A stretch of DNA of 64,000 bases, taken from assembly GCF_006345805.1 (NCBI RefSeq), contig NC_043005.1, positions 10,664,001-10,728,000 on the forward strand, given 5' to 3'. Source of the DNA: Octopus sinensis (taxonomy: Eukaryota). The translations under genes were made by a program, and so were the position numbers. Shown piece by piece: positions 23,055-36,101 of the stretch. Numbering within the stretch: the first letter of the stretch is position 1; each line of letters begins with the position of its first letter. The notes under the pieces were generated by a model, which was not told the DNA's origin, made no database searches, and saw only the letters and a program-made list of their open reading frames with translations.

Positions 23055-23397
23055 GAGTTCAAATTCCGCTGAGGTCGACTTTGCTTTTCATCCTTTTGGG
23101 ATCCATAAATTTAGTACCAGTTACGCACTGGGGTCGGTGTAATCGACTTAATTCGTTTGTCTGTCCTCGTTTGTCCCCACTGTTTAGCCCCTTGTGGGGA
23201 GTAAAGAAATAGGTATTTCGTCTGCCGCTACATTCTTAGTTCAAATTCCTCCGAGGTCGACTTTGCCTTTCATCCTTTCGGGGTCGATTAAATAAGTACC
23301 AGTTACACACTGGAGTCGATATAATCGACTTAATCCGTTTGTCTGTCCTTGTTTGTCCTCTCTGTGTTTAGCCCCTTGTGGGTAGTAAAGAAATAGA
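23055..23397 (+). mobile_element. Tandem dimer of the body of SINE family E (Meta/MESC-domain-like)
   Basis: Two ~183-nt units with GAGGTCGACTTTGCCTTTCATCCTTTCGGGGTCGATTAAATAAGTACCAG; an inverted partial relative at 22943-23030. The domain name is from memory. Confidence 0.75.
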
Positions 23398-23472
23398 TAT
23401 ATTTTATATTAATTTGGCTCTTTTTGTCTATAAAGGGACTTATGTTTCCTATACCCACAGATAATTGTTTAA

Positions 23473-23693
23473 CCCTTTAGCATTTAAACCGGCCATATCC
23501 AGCCAAAAGTATTCTGCCTGTTCTATGTTCAAACTGGCCATATCTGGTCTCTCACACCAACTCTACAATATCGTTTTAAAAATCAACAGCTACCTCATCA
23601 AATTTTCATAGTTACAAGATAATGCATGATTAGTTCAAAACAAAGTGAATGAAAAAGCATTAACTTTGGCAGAATAATGCGAACACCAAAGGG
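23473..23693. mobile_element. Second piggyBac-type MITE family (~220 bp)
   Basis: TTAA|CCCTTTAGCATT ... ACACCAAAGGG|TTAA; a decayed relative at ~39295-39515. Confidence 0.82.
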
Positions 23694-25369
23694 TTAAAGC
23701 AAGTATTTCTTTTCTTTAAAAAATTTAAGATTATTTGCTTAAAAACTTTATCATTGTAAACATTTTGTGATCTGCAGATAAAGCTTGTGAGGACTTGTTT
23801 ATAGCCTGTCAGTAGTTCTTATACTTTCAGTAGAAATTGTATTTGTATAAATTGCTGTAGAAGGGTCACATGACTACTCACATTTTAGAAGAGAGGGTTG
23901 AGAGTTTGGTGGGGGTAAGGTGGGAAAGATAAAAATAACTTTTGTGAGGCATCTCTGTGGACCCTCAAAATATGAAGTGAGTAGAAGTGGATGGTGGAAG
24001 AATAATGAGGACTGTAGGTGGTTGAAGTGCACAGACAAATGAGAGGTGGGGAATAGCTGGGGCAGTGAATGTAATAAATAAAGAACAAGTGTTACATGAA
24101 TTAGTAGGGGAGGTAGAGAAGAGTTGCAGTCAGGGGGGTAGGGCTGAGGAGTGGATGTAGTGAATCGGAGGGGTAAAGGATTTGGTGATCAATGATAATG
24201 ATACAATGGGCAGGGAAAGGTGAGAAAGGGAAAGCGGTGGTGAATAGTTGGATAGATTGCAAGAGTGGGAACAGTGAGAGATGCATGGTGGAAGAGAAGG
24301 TGACAGGATTTGGGTGCTCAGCAAGGGGCTGCAACGGTGAATTAAGTATGGGGGGGATGGTAGTGATAAAAATTTGTGGTATCAAAGAAAACAGCAGTTA
24401 GAGAGTTAGAAAGTGGTGGAGGTTGGGGGTGTTTAAGAAATTGGGCAAAGGGGCCAGTTGTTTGTGTGTGTCGTCATTATCATAATTTAACATGTTTTCC
24501 ATGCTGGCATGGGTTGGGCAGTTTGACCAAGGCTTGTAAGGCCAAGAGCTGCAACAAATTCCATTGTCTGTTTTGGCATGGTTTCTTAATGCCACTGGGT
24601 GCATTTTGTGTCGCACCATAACCAGTGCTTTTTATATGACACCGTCATAGTGCTTTTAGTGTGATACCAGCACCAACAGGGTTACCAAGTACCTTGCAAG
24701 ACAAGAAACTCCTCAACTAAGTGTTAGGCAATAATATTGAGGGGTTGTGACTTTGTGTCAGTTGAGAGATTTAAGGTATAAAAGGATAGATATAGGTGTC
24801 TTGTTGTAGAGTAGATACATAGACACCCAAGTGGAAAAATAGAATGAGTTAGGGAGTAAGATAAAATAAAGAGAGCAATAGTGAGAGAGATGATAGCAAA
24901 TATGTGTCAGGACATGCCCTCAAGGGACATTAGGGGTGGTAAGAGTAGGTGAGATGATATAGAGGCTAGGACTGGCTGAGTGAGCAAGATGAGGTGAGTG
25001 TAGCAGATGATGGAGAGAAATATAAAAGAAGCTTGGTGGCTGGGGTTTGTAGTATATATATGAGGGCATTGAGAGTGATAGCAGGTAAGCGAGGTGTAGA
25101 CGATGAAGAGCTGCACTGGTAGGAGTGCGAAGGCACAGAACGGAGGTGGTTGGTGGAGACAGTTAACAGGGTAGAAAGGTAACCGAGAAAGCCAAGGGAT
25201 GTGGTATGTGCTTATTCTGCTCTCAAGTAACAGAGGAAGTGATGAGTGTTAAGGGATGGAATATGGGTGGGGGAAGAGGGTTGATGTAGCAGAAAGGATG
25301 GAAGTAAGCATTACCCGGATGGTTTTAGGATATCAGTTTTGCTGTGGCGGATGGGTCGTTTTGAGTATA

Positions 25370-25945
25370 GCAAGGTGCCCAGATATCTTGGTTTTTGTCA
25401 TCTCTTTTGTGAGGCACAGCATCTTGCGATCAGACTTCGGTACTTCATCCCATGTCTTCCTGAGTCTCCCTCTTCCGCAAATTCCAACCACTTTAAGAGA
25501 TGGGCACTTCTTTATGGATCCATATGCATTACATGCATGACTAAACTTGCATAGTCATCTCTCTTGCACACTGTGTCTAATTCCTCTTATGCCTAACTTC
25601 TCTCTCAATGCACTAGTGCTCTGTTGTAGATATACACTTACATTGCACATCAAGCAGAGCATACCAGCTTCATTCCTCTCTAAACTTTGCATGTCCTCTG
25701 TATTCTGGGCCCGGGTCTCACTACCATGTAGCATTGCTGTTTGTAAACATCATCATCATCATCATCATCGTTTAACGTTCGTTTTCCGCGCTAGCACGGG
25801 TTGGAATAAACATAGATCATACTATCTTCCTTTCACTTGGAGAAACCTTTGGTTGCCAACAGAGATAAACACTCTGAACTTCCTCCATTCTCGTCTTATT
25901 CTAGCAATTACAGTTTCAGTACATCCTCTTCCACTATTAATTAGG
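25370..25945 (-). mobile_element. Degenerate RTE LINE C-terminal/3' fragment with a short (GAT)n-tailed insertion at 25748-25803
   Basis: Minus-strand remnants of the RNEASMLRWM and GRPRKTWDEV-type motifs typical of RTE C-termini. Confidence 0.65.
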
Positions 25946-26329
25946 TGTGTGTGTGTGTATACATACACATGCATGCACTCACACACCATTCCAGAACTTA
26001 CTCTTGCTTAGTTGGACAGGTTTTCCCAAGAACCATATATTGCTGGTCATCCCACATCCTTGTCATCTCCTCCATGATGTTCAAGATCTTGACATCAGCC
26101 TTTACCACTTCACCCAGTTTCTTCCTGGAGCTTTCTTTTCCTGCAAACTCCATCCACATTAAGTGACTGGGACTTCTTTATTCTGCTGTGCTCATAATAT
26201 GATTTTCTCCAGTACATCTGTCACATATGAAGCTTATTTTTTCTGCCAGTCTACCTACAATTCCACTAAACCTTTTGTGTGTTCATAGCTTACATTGAGT
26301 ACAGAATATGGTGCTTATATCTAGTCCTT

Positions 26330-26930
26330 TCTGCATATCAACAAAGGTAATTTCCCTGAAGATACCAAGGTCTTGTTTTCTTTCCTACTTACTAAAATTA
26401 AAGTCTTTACTAAGTTAGCATTGAGGCCTCTTGATTCAAGGTTTATCATCTATGCTAAATTATACTCTAATTTCTCTATAGATTCAGCAATGAGAACTAG
26501 ATCATCAGCAAATAGGAGTGGCCATGGACATCCAGACTTAAGTTCTTCCACAATGACCCATAGGACTATGTTGCGTAGAAGACTGAGGACTGAACCTTCA
26601 TGTTAAACCTTTGACTCTTACTTTACTTAGGGCATTTTAAAACATATTTGTACAGATCTCACAAGCCATTCATCTACACTTTGTTTCTTCTGTGGCCTGG
26701 AATTACTGAATAAGGTACACTGTTAAATGCCTCTATATCAATGAAAGCCAGGAATAGTGGTTTACTATTATCAAAATATTTCTCCTGCAATTGCCTCACT
26801 ATGGAGATTGCATGTGTGGTGTCTCTTCTGGGCATGAAGCTAAACTCCTAGTCATGAATCAATTTTGCTATGAACTGATCCCTTCTTTCATACTTAACAT
26901 CTCATCTCTTAACATAACTCTGCCTCTCTT
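26330..26930 (-). mobile_element. Degenerate RTE-clade LINE RT fragment
   Basis: Minus-strand FMPRRDTTHAISIVRQLQEKY...PLFLAFIDI and EELKSGCPWPLLFADDLVLIAES. Confidence 0.8.
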
Positions 26931-27222
26931 GCAGTTTATAGTCTCACAAGTTTCATGGCAACCTCACTAGTGCTGACAGCATGGAGAACAAGCACCCAGT
27001 ACACACTGCAAAGTTTTTGGCATTAGGAAGAGCATCCAGCCATAGATATCATGTAAAATAGGGCAGAATGCAATCCTTGTACCCATAGGATTTTGTCAAG
27101 CCATCCCTGTATGCCAGCATGGTGCAGGAGCATTAAATGATGATCATGAGAACTTTCTTACATACTTAGGTTCTAGTCATTGAGAATTTTCTCCATATAT
27201 ATAAGGAAAGAATATATGAAAT

Positions 27223-27625
27223 ACTCTTACTCTTTACTCTTTTACTTGTTTCAGTCATTTGACTGCGGCCATGCTGGAGCACCGCCTTTAGTCGAGCAAA
27301 TCGACCCCGGGACTTATTCTTTGTAAGCCCAGTACTTATTCTATCGGTCTCTTTTGCCAAACCGCTAAGTGACGGGGACGTAAACACACCAGCATCGGTT
27401 GTCAAGCAATGCTAGGGAGACAAACCCAGACACACAAACACATACATATATATACATATATACGACAGGCTTCTTTCAGTTTCCGTCTACCAAATCCACT
27501 CGCAAGGCATTGGTCAGCCTGGGGCTATAGCAGAAGACACTTGCCCAAGATGCCACGCAGTGGGACTGAACCCGGAACCATGTGGTTGGTTAGCAAGCTA
27601 CTTACCACACAGCCACTCCTGCGCC
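27223..27625 (-). mobile_element. tRNA-derived CORE-type SINE family B (octopus OR2-like), full length
   Basis: Head GGCGCAGGAGTGGCTGTGTGGTAAG...GGGTTCAGTCCC, CORE-like CTTGGGCAAGTG, internal (TA)n(TG)n, (AAGAGTA)n tail. The OR2 name is from memory and is inference. Confidence 0.9.
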
Positions 27626-28170
27626 TATACATTCGTATAAAATATATATCTTATTTCATATAAAATATATATCTTATTTCATAAACAAAAATTATATATT
27701 TTATAGGAATACATTCTCTTGGATATTTGTTTCATCTCATCTGTAAAAAGAACTTGCACTTTTTGCTTTATATTCACAGAGTACCAGTTGTAGATTAATT
27801 GAAATGATACTCTGGAACCAATTCTTGATTTTACTTCACTCAGTATCTAAAAAAGTCATTTTGTTTTTGACTACTTTACATTTTCAAGAATATAGAGAAA
27901 TGATATTTTATAAAGCTTGTATTGAATTAATTAGTATCGCTCTTTCTCTCTCTCTTTTTAATTATAAATATTTAACATCTGAGTTTTCTGTGGTGCTTCA
28001 AAGTGCCTTGTTTCTGTCATCTACATGGGTTATTTCCAAGAACCCAAATACTTTCTGATCTGAAGTTTGAGCAACATTTCTGTATTTCTGTATTTGCCAT
28101 ACCGTCAATTGACATTTCTAAAATGTAATGAAGTTTCAAGATAATTATGAATTAGATTTGATACTCTTAT

Positions 28171-28354
28171 CCCTTTTATTACCCCATTTCTGTTGAAATA
28201 CACCACCTAAGTTTCAATTATTTTTGAATATAATGAATGAAATAAACTTAGTAACCGCAAAATAACTTTGTAATTATTAAGCTGGTGTTTGAAACATAAA
28301 TTAGCATAAAATTTGGGAAGGAAGCTGTCACAGGTGGCTTGATATCAAAAAAGG
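28171..28354. mobile_element. Old, decayed TTAA MITE in opposite orientation
   Basis: TTAT|CCCTTTTATTAC ... AAAAGG|TTAA; interior resembles the reverse complement of the 39940 MITE. Confidence 0.5.
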
Positions 28355-30144
28355 TTAAAAAGCCTACACAAGGAAACTAGAGAAATATTGTATAGGATAG
28401 TAAAAAGAGATAATGAGAGTTGAGGGATGGGATTGCATTGATTTTATTTCCCAGAAACCTGCTGAGAAAAAAAAAAACACCTACTCATATACAGCTGAAT
28501 GTCAAATTGTTAATGAGATAAAAACTTTTTGTGGACAATAGAAAAGTTGTTAGAGATGAGATTTCTTTATTAAATGACAATGTATGAAGGTGATTAGTGT
28601 AGGGTTAGGTTTTGTGAATAGGAGGAAAATTTTTCAAATGTCCTAATGATTTTCATATGATATTCAGCAAAGGAGGTTGAAAATCATATGACATTCAAAA
28701 TAATTAAATTCAGAAATTTTCACATTTAAAAAAAGTCTTTACAGTCATTTGAATACAAGAAGACACTGTTCAGTATATCCAAAGATTAACAATATAGAAA
28801 ATATTAATTTACATATAATATAGATACTTCTTAGGAAGTACAAGGGTTATGGAAACTTAACTAAATGTTTGAAAGTGTCTAGACTTGGCTAAAGGCACCA
28901 AAAGGTGCATTTAGCAAATCAAGTCTCAGATAAATTCTTCCACCCTTGATGGCTCTTTCAGTTACCATGCCTTCCTTCTCTAGATTGTCTTGTGTCCTTC
29001 CTTTTTTTTTTTTAAATGGACTGATGTGTTTTGAGGGTTAGCCTGACTTATTTTTAGCAGGTTTAGTGACATATAGTGACTTCCTCATTGTTTCTTCTGA
29101 GGAAACAATGTTTTTTGCTAGATTGTCATAACTTGGAAGCTGCTCTCATCTTTTTTCTCTAAAATCCAGGTTTTATGATTCACAGCAATATTCTTAGTGG
29201 AAGGGATCAAAACACATGTATTTTGTGTATTTATAAATTAAAAACTGCATCAGTTTCTATGCTATCACCATGATCATTAGAAGGAGAATTAGAGATTGAA
29301 AATTCATACCTGGTGTGGTTTCACAGCACAAAAAAATACCTCAAGAATATGAATATTGTCAAATTTGTCACGTCTGAAAATATACTATGCTTATATTGAA
29401 TCTGTAATTTACGCTTGCTTTCCTTTGCTATACCAGAATAACATATATTTATAATCGAAATTACGCTAGAGTGCTCACAGATAATCATTTCTCAATATGC
29501 TGTATGGAACATATAAAGGTGCTGTGCTGTTTATTAGAGTTTAATATTAAATGATACTGTATATATATCTAAGTAGAAATATATAAGAATAAATTTTGTA
29601 TGTCAAGTGAAAATAATTTGAAGATAATTCTTAAAGTGTAGGTGGAAGTGTAATTATAGAAATAGGTTTCTTGGTCTTAAGTTTAGACAATTTTGTAAGT
29701 CTTAACCAGAAATGTCTAAGATAAATTGCAGAACACACCTCTAACTTCACCTCTATAAATAATAATTTTGAACTATTTATGCTCAAAATTATCTTTGCTG
29801 GCATGAGAAAGATTGGTATAATAGTATTATATACTACTGTGTTATTTCACTGATACTGTTGTTTTCCTGTGAGTATCATCATCTTGTGATCTGTCCTTAC
29901 TATTTTCTACCTTAGCATTCCTGGCCTTCCTGTAACGTGGATAATTTCAACTGTCAGCACTGTACATTCATTTACCCAACACCTGTCATTCGTTCACCTT
30001 CTGCATGCATCAGCCAATGCATTTAATATCCATCCATCCTCCAGACTAACTTGTGCTCCACCCTTTATGCAAAGTGATATTGCACATCCAGTGGATTGTA
30101 TTTGATCCATTTCAACCTAGCCTCAAATGAGTTTCTGTGTTTAA

Positions 30145-30365
30145 CCCTTTCGTTACCAACCCGGCCAAAACCGGCTCTGGCTCTTTAGTACAAATCTCTG
30201 GTTTTCAGAAGTTCTGAATTAAAACCTTCCACCAAACCTTAGTCTCAATTTATGTCTCTAACTCTAGCTTAATGATAACGATGTTATTTTACTTAATTCT
30301 TTGTTATATTTAAAATAATTGGAAGAAACACTGAGCATCTCAAAATAAATTCAGTAACGAAAAGG
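30145..30365. mobile_element. piggyBac-type MITE (~220 bp)
   Basis: TTAA TSD; TIR CCCTTTCGTTAC / GTAACGAAAAGG. Confidence 0.9.
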
Positions 30366-30910
30366 TTAAAGCCCATGTTTTTTTTTTAATTATATAGCAT
30401 TAAATATCTTACACACCATTGATACTGTTTCCCTTTATGCATAGTGAGAGAAATAAACCCCTAACAGAAACTTGTGTTGTGTCCTTGATATGTTTTGTAG
30501 GAAATATTGAGAACCTCAGTATTGTTTACTCAATACAAGCATTATGTACACACGTAGATATCTGGCATATTGACGGGATTTCAAGTGTGTTAGATATATA
30601 AGCAGGAATTGTTATTTAACCCCTAAGTCAGCCCTTATTGAAGACATTCTTGCTGTGCCTGTCCTGTCTTTGTTTGAATTAGTTCCTTCTTTTTTAAGTT
30701 TTGAAGTCAAATTTGACTATTATTTCTAGCAAGTCATACACTTACATAGAGGCTTTTTCATTGGTTCATATAAGCAAGAATGGTAAGCAATGGAGATACC
30801 ATATATTTTCTGAATTATTACCTTTGCTGAATGTAAGTGTATGTAATTTTGTTTTGAAGGAAATTTCAGGTAGAATTTTTTCTTTAGTTATATTTTATCT
30901 TTACATATAA

Positions 30911-31300
30911 GGCACAGGAGTGGCTGTGTGGTAAATAGCTTGTTTACCAACCACATAGTTCCGGGTTCAGTCCCACTGCGTGGCACCTTGGGCAAGTGTC
31001 TTCTACTATAGCCTCGGGCCGACCAAAGCCTCGTGAGTGGATTTGGTAGGCGGAAACTGAAAGAAGCCCGTCGTATATATGTATATATATATGTATGTGT
31101 GTGTGTTTGTATGTCTGTGTTTGTCCCCCTAGCATTGCTTGACAACCAATGCTGGTGTGTTTATGTCCCCGTCACTTAGTGGTTCGTCAAAAAGAGACCG
31201 ATAGAATAAGTCCCGGGGTCGAGTTGCTCGATTAAAGGCGGTGCTCCAGCATGGCCGCAGTCAAATGACTGAAACAAGTAAAAGAGAAAGAGAAAAGAGA
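30911..31300 (+). mobile_element. SINE family B, full length with small deletion
   Basis: Same structure; deletion between the two GAATAAGT direct repeats. Confidence 0.9.
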
Positions 31301-31519
31301 TAATTGGGTGATTGTAATTCATCAGCTAATTTATAGCAGCCGACTGACTGACCCCATTGATGGTCAGAATCGCGATGCTGCTGTTAATTGTCTTCTTAAT
31401 TGAAGTTTTATTTACTCTCAAATTCTTTCAATCAAATTAAATATTGTTTACATATACTGAGTTAATAGGATAATAGCTCTGTTAAGTTGTACAATATTTT
31501 GCTCACTTTATGAAGGAAA

Positions 31520-31921
31520 TCTTTATATATAAAAGTGAGGTTGTGTGCTGTCTGTCTCCTACGATTTAGATTCCTAACTACTCCCACATTTTGCGGTGCA
31601 GTTTAACCAAAAGCGGGTATCTTATAGTCGTGATTCATATCGAGCCCTTCTGGGTATTAGCGCGCGTCTACGATGAGTCTACGATTTTAAAAAAATTTAC
31701 CATCATTTTTTTCCATTTTAATGCATTTTTTTTGCTATTACATAAGGGAAGTAACTCTCTAAAAATGTCTACGATGAGTCAACGATTTAAAAAAAAATTT
31801 ACCATAATTTTTTTTTCCATTTTTAATGCATCTTTTTGCTATTTTTTGGCTATAACTCTCTAAAAATGCTTATATAGTTATTTCCCTTACAAACCCGAGC
31901 AACGCCGGGCGATACTGCTAG
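31520..31921 (+). mobile_element. Non-autonomous Helitron
   Basis: A|TC 5' end, subterminal GC hairpin CCCGAGCAACGCCGGG, 3' CTAG|T, no TSD; internal ~100-nt tandem duplication. Confidence 0.88.
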
Positions 31922-32087
31922 TAGTTTATATAATTATACTTTAAACTATGAATACAACAGTTGAATGTTTCTGATGTGCTGAATCACATCATTGATTCAA
32001 CCTTTAAGTACAGATTTCAAATGGTATTTACTGGTATCTGGGTAATCTAAAACAAAGGGATATACTTTGACTTTGAATTGTAATTAA

Positions 32088-32325
32088 TACTCTTTACCCT
32101 CTTTTACTTGTTTCAGTCATTTGACTGCGGCCATGCTGGAGCACCGCCTTTAGTCGAGCAAATCGACCCCAGGACTTATTCTTTGTAAGCCTAGTACTTA
32201 TTCTATCGGTCTCTTTTGCCGAACCGCTAAGTTACGGGGACGCAAGCACACCAGCATCGGTTGTCAAGCGATGTTGGGGGGACAAACACAGACACACATA
32301 CATACATATATATATATAATATATA

Positions 32326-32373
<48 letters not shown>

Positions 32374-32512
32374 GTACGAAATCTACCAAATCCACTCACA
32401 AGGCTTTGGTCAGCCCGAGGCTATAGTAGAAGAAACTTGCCTAAGGTGCCACACAGTGGGACTGAACCTGAAACCATGTGGTTGGTAAGCAAGCTACTTG
32501 CCACACAGCCAC
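32088..32512 (-). mobile_element. SINE family B
   Basis: Reverse complement of the family B consensus with expanded (TA)n. Confidence 0.9.
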
Positions 32513-32915
32513 AAACTAAAACTAAAAGCTCATGTATTTTACTTTGAAGTGGTATATATTGTTGATAGATTACAAAAAGAGTTTTATGTGCCTTCAGTAG
32601 GGTTTCAAATTATGGTTTTTTTGCCGGAGAAATCTCTTGAAATTTTATGTGAGTATTTAAGTTTCGGTGTGACACGAGTACTAAAGAAGTTGATGTTGTA
32701 TCTCTTCAGTCTGTAGCTGGTTGAGTGACCATGTAAAGACACTCGTTGACTTGGGATAATTTTTGTAGTGATAAATTAGGATGGATCTTAGTAAAGCACC
32801 TGAATCATTGCAACATTTCTAGATGTGTCTACACCATAAAGCTGCTTCCTCTTACTGTTATGGAATTATGAATTCCTTACTAATTCAATATGCTTTTCTT
32901 TTTTTTAATCAGTTT

Positions 32916-33234
32916 CATCATCATCATCATCATCATCATTTAGCGTCTGCTTTCCATGCTAGCATGGGTTGGATGGTTCAACTGGGGTCTGTGAAGCCAG
33001 AAGGCTGCATCAGGCCCAGTCTGATCTGGCAGTGTTTCTACGGCTGGATCCCCTTCCTAACGCCAACCACACCGTGAGTGTAGTGGGTGCTTTTTACATG
33101 CCACCCGCACAGGTGCCAGACGGAGCTGGCAAACGGCCACGGATGGATGGTGCTTTTTACGTGCCACTGACACGGGGCCAGGCTAGGCTGGCAACGGCCA
33201 CAAATGGATGGTGCTTTTTATGTGCCACCGGCAC
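32916..33234 (-). mobile_element. Retroposon family C with tandem subrepeats
   Basis: Same subfamily as the 1008 and 5757 copies; three GTGCTTTTTA units. Confidence 0.88.
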
Positions 33235-34059
33235 GAGTTTACGCTTTGAAATAATTTTTTCCTTCTTCTTCAATGAACTGTGCTGTCATTTATCACTATC
33301 GCCATCTCCTTATATCTCTTTTGTCAATGCTAGCATGGACTGTAGGAATCTGTTTCAGCACAGAATAGCATCTCATGTGTTGCAGTCCTTCATTACTTGA
33401 GACAAACAACAGAGAAAATCAACAATCTTTGTAACTGTGTGTCAGGCTTTTTTGACATTTTTTCCGATAGTTACTTGTTTCTCCCTTATCAGATCCCTTT
33501 TTACAGCATAGAGAGGTTATCTGCCAGGATTAAAATGTCCCCTCTAATTTGTTGCTGTTCTCCAACATAAATAACTAAATACCCTGGCATTCAGTTGTCC
33601 ATGTTGCCTTGTTTCATCATTATATGAAATTAAAAGCCAGTTATAAATAACGGTCATAAAACGAAACATTTTTTTTTTCACAAAAATACATAAAATCAGA
33701 AATTCTGTAAAATAAAATGTTATTTGATGTAAAGTTTATTCATTAAATGTAGTTATTAATAAACTTTTTTTTTTTAACTACATATCTCGTTATCAATTTT
33801 CTCCTGACTTGTTTGTTATTGCTGTCATTAACATCGAGTTTAAATTATATAGTTTAATAATTCTAATTTGGAACCATTAGCCTAAACCAATTTCAACAAT
33901 GTGTCAACATTATACGTTAACAACATCAGTTCAAATAGAAGTGTTGTTAACTTATGAATATTAAATTTTATTTTATTAATTACCTTTTTTTCCTTCCTTT
34001 TTACTTATGTAAATCACCAGAATAATAATATATATGAAATTCAGTCCTCCCTGCATATG

Positions 34060-34490
34060 TGTGTAAATGTAAAGTTTGCTCTGTGTATGATATATAACAA
34101 AAACTGTGTTTATATGTGCGTATATTATGTAAATGAGACTGTTTGTGTGTAAAATTTGTTATGGAAACTGTTTATAATATTTGATAAAAAAAATATAGTA
34201 CTGTTTGTGTTATATCTGAAGAAGGCTGTATAATTTGTGATGAATACTGTGTTTGTAATATCTAATAGAAACTGTGTTCATGTGTGTATATATGTAATGA
34301 AAACTATGTTTATGCAAAGGAAATTGTTCAAGTGTATATGATATGTAATGAAAATGATGTGTATATAAATCTAACAAATATTATGTAAACTGTTTCCAAG
34401 TGTATATAATATGTAATGAAAATTGTGCTTGTATTTCATGTGTATGTGCTACGTAGTTAAAATCGTGTGTTTATGATATCAAAATGAAAC
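34060..34490. repeat. Old degenerate minisatellite (~30-40 bp unit)
   Basis: Recurrent ATATGTAATGAAAACTGTGTT-like units. Confidence 0.6.
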
Positions 34491-35613
34491 TATCATTGCT
34501 GAAATAAACTGTAATACTAATTGGAACATTACTAACAATAGTTGACCATAAAACTGATCATAAAACATCAAAGTTTACTCATCAGGTTGCCCACAGAAGT
34601 AAAATACCTTAAATCTGGATGACATTCAAAGACCGAAATAGAAGAATATCAGTGAAAGTCTTTTACAAGATTCTGGGTTGTTACTTAGCTCCATAACATT
34701 AATAGACCTCTGATCAAAAATACTAAGGCATTTTTATCTGTAACCATCCCTACTTTTCTGATTGAGTGTCTCAGACTGTACTGAACGTGTCCTTCTCTCT
34801 TGACAGAGAGTACCAAGTTATTTGAAAGAGATTTAGCTACTGTTTCCAGCAGACTGAACAGGCATATTAAAAGCCTTCTCTGAGGAAAAATGAGTTTAAG
34901 TCATTTTGGCATCCAGTTGCATAAACATGTGTAGCTGATATTAATCAGTTAATTTGGAAATTGGCTTCTAATTTTACCCCAAACAATTTCTCCTTTTCAG
35001 CTTTATGCACATAGCGTTTACTTTATATTTCCAAGGCCTTGTTTTTTAAAAGTTCTTTTGTCGGACATGAGAAACACAGTTGAAAATCTTCTGGTGTCAA
35101 TCCAACTGGTCACTATCAGTCAGTGGCTACCAATACTCTGGATAAACCAGTTTGACAAAAGTATTTCTGATTCAAATCTTGTTACTCATTGTATTTGCCA
35201 AATACTGCCCAAATGGAATCAAACTACAATTACATTAATCCTGCTATGGTCAGCTTTGCCTTTCATTCTTTTGGAGTGAAAAGTAAAAAAGTATCAATCC
35301 TGAGTAGTGGAACTGTTAGGGAATTTGATGGGATTCCTTGCAGTTTTTCTTTCGGCATTTGCATTCTGACAGCAACATCTGCAACGACAGTGATGTCAAG
35401 CTGCATTGGCCATTTAACTAGTGTATTTAGGATTTAGGTTGCATGTGTGGGCAATTACTAGTCTTACACAAATAAACTTTTCCTGGACTGGTCATGCAAG
35501 TACAGGTATATGGTCAACCTTGACTGATGGAGACAAAAGTTTTGATGTAACTGTCAACCTTTTTTTGTAAAGATAGTGCACATGAACACATGCATGTGTG
35601 TTTAACTATACTC

Positions 35614-35644
<31 letters not shown>

Positions 35645-35873
35645 ATCATCATCAGCAACATCAAGCATCCACTCTTTTTGCTGGCATGTGTTAGATAGAT
35701 GATTTGACTGGAGCTGATAGGCTGGAGAGCTGCACCAGGTTCCAGTCTGATTTGGTATGGTTTCTATGGCTGGATGCCCTTCCTAATGCTAACCATTCCA
35801 GGAGTGTAACGGGTGCTTTTATGTTCCACTGGCACAGGTGCCATTTGCATGACACTGGTAATGACCATAACTA

Positions 35874-35910
<37 letters not shown>

Positions 35911-36000
35911 CAAGAGAGAGTGAGAAAAAGATTTGGTAAATATTTGTGTTTAGAAATGAAGGAAAAAAGTACTTATTACATGGAGTTTGTACATTTTGTT

Positions 36001-36101
36001 AGAAGCTGAAGTTTCTGAGGTCATTATTCTGAGTTTCACATTGTTGATTCAAGCAAATAATTGATAATGTGAAACTCAGTGAAATGGTTCAAAAAGCTTC
36101 T
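36001..36101 (+). ncRNA. Candidate intronic pre-miRNA-like hairpin
   Basis: 21 contiguous pairs (three G-U) 36029-36049/36059-36079, 9-nt loop, imperfect lower stem. Confidence 0.35.

Noticed and set aside
23880-25320. Purine-rich stretches with Pro/Ser/Leu-rich minus-strand ORFs (similar at 12820-13630 and 19090-19610)
   Set aside because: Probably old retroelement debris; no motif I can assign and no splice support.
27166-27663. Recurrent ORFs MTTDAGVFTSP..., MSSNARGTNTD..., ...RLLSVSVYQIHSQG seen at several loci
   Set aside because: They are frames through copies of SINE family B, not a gene family.
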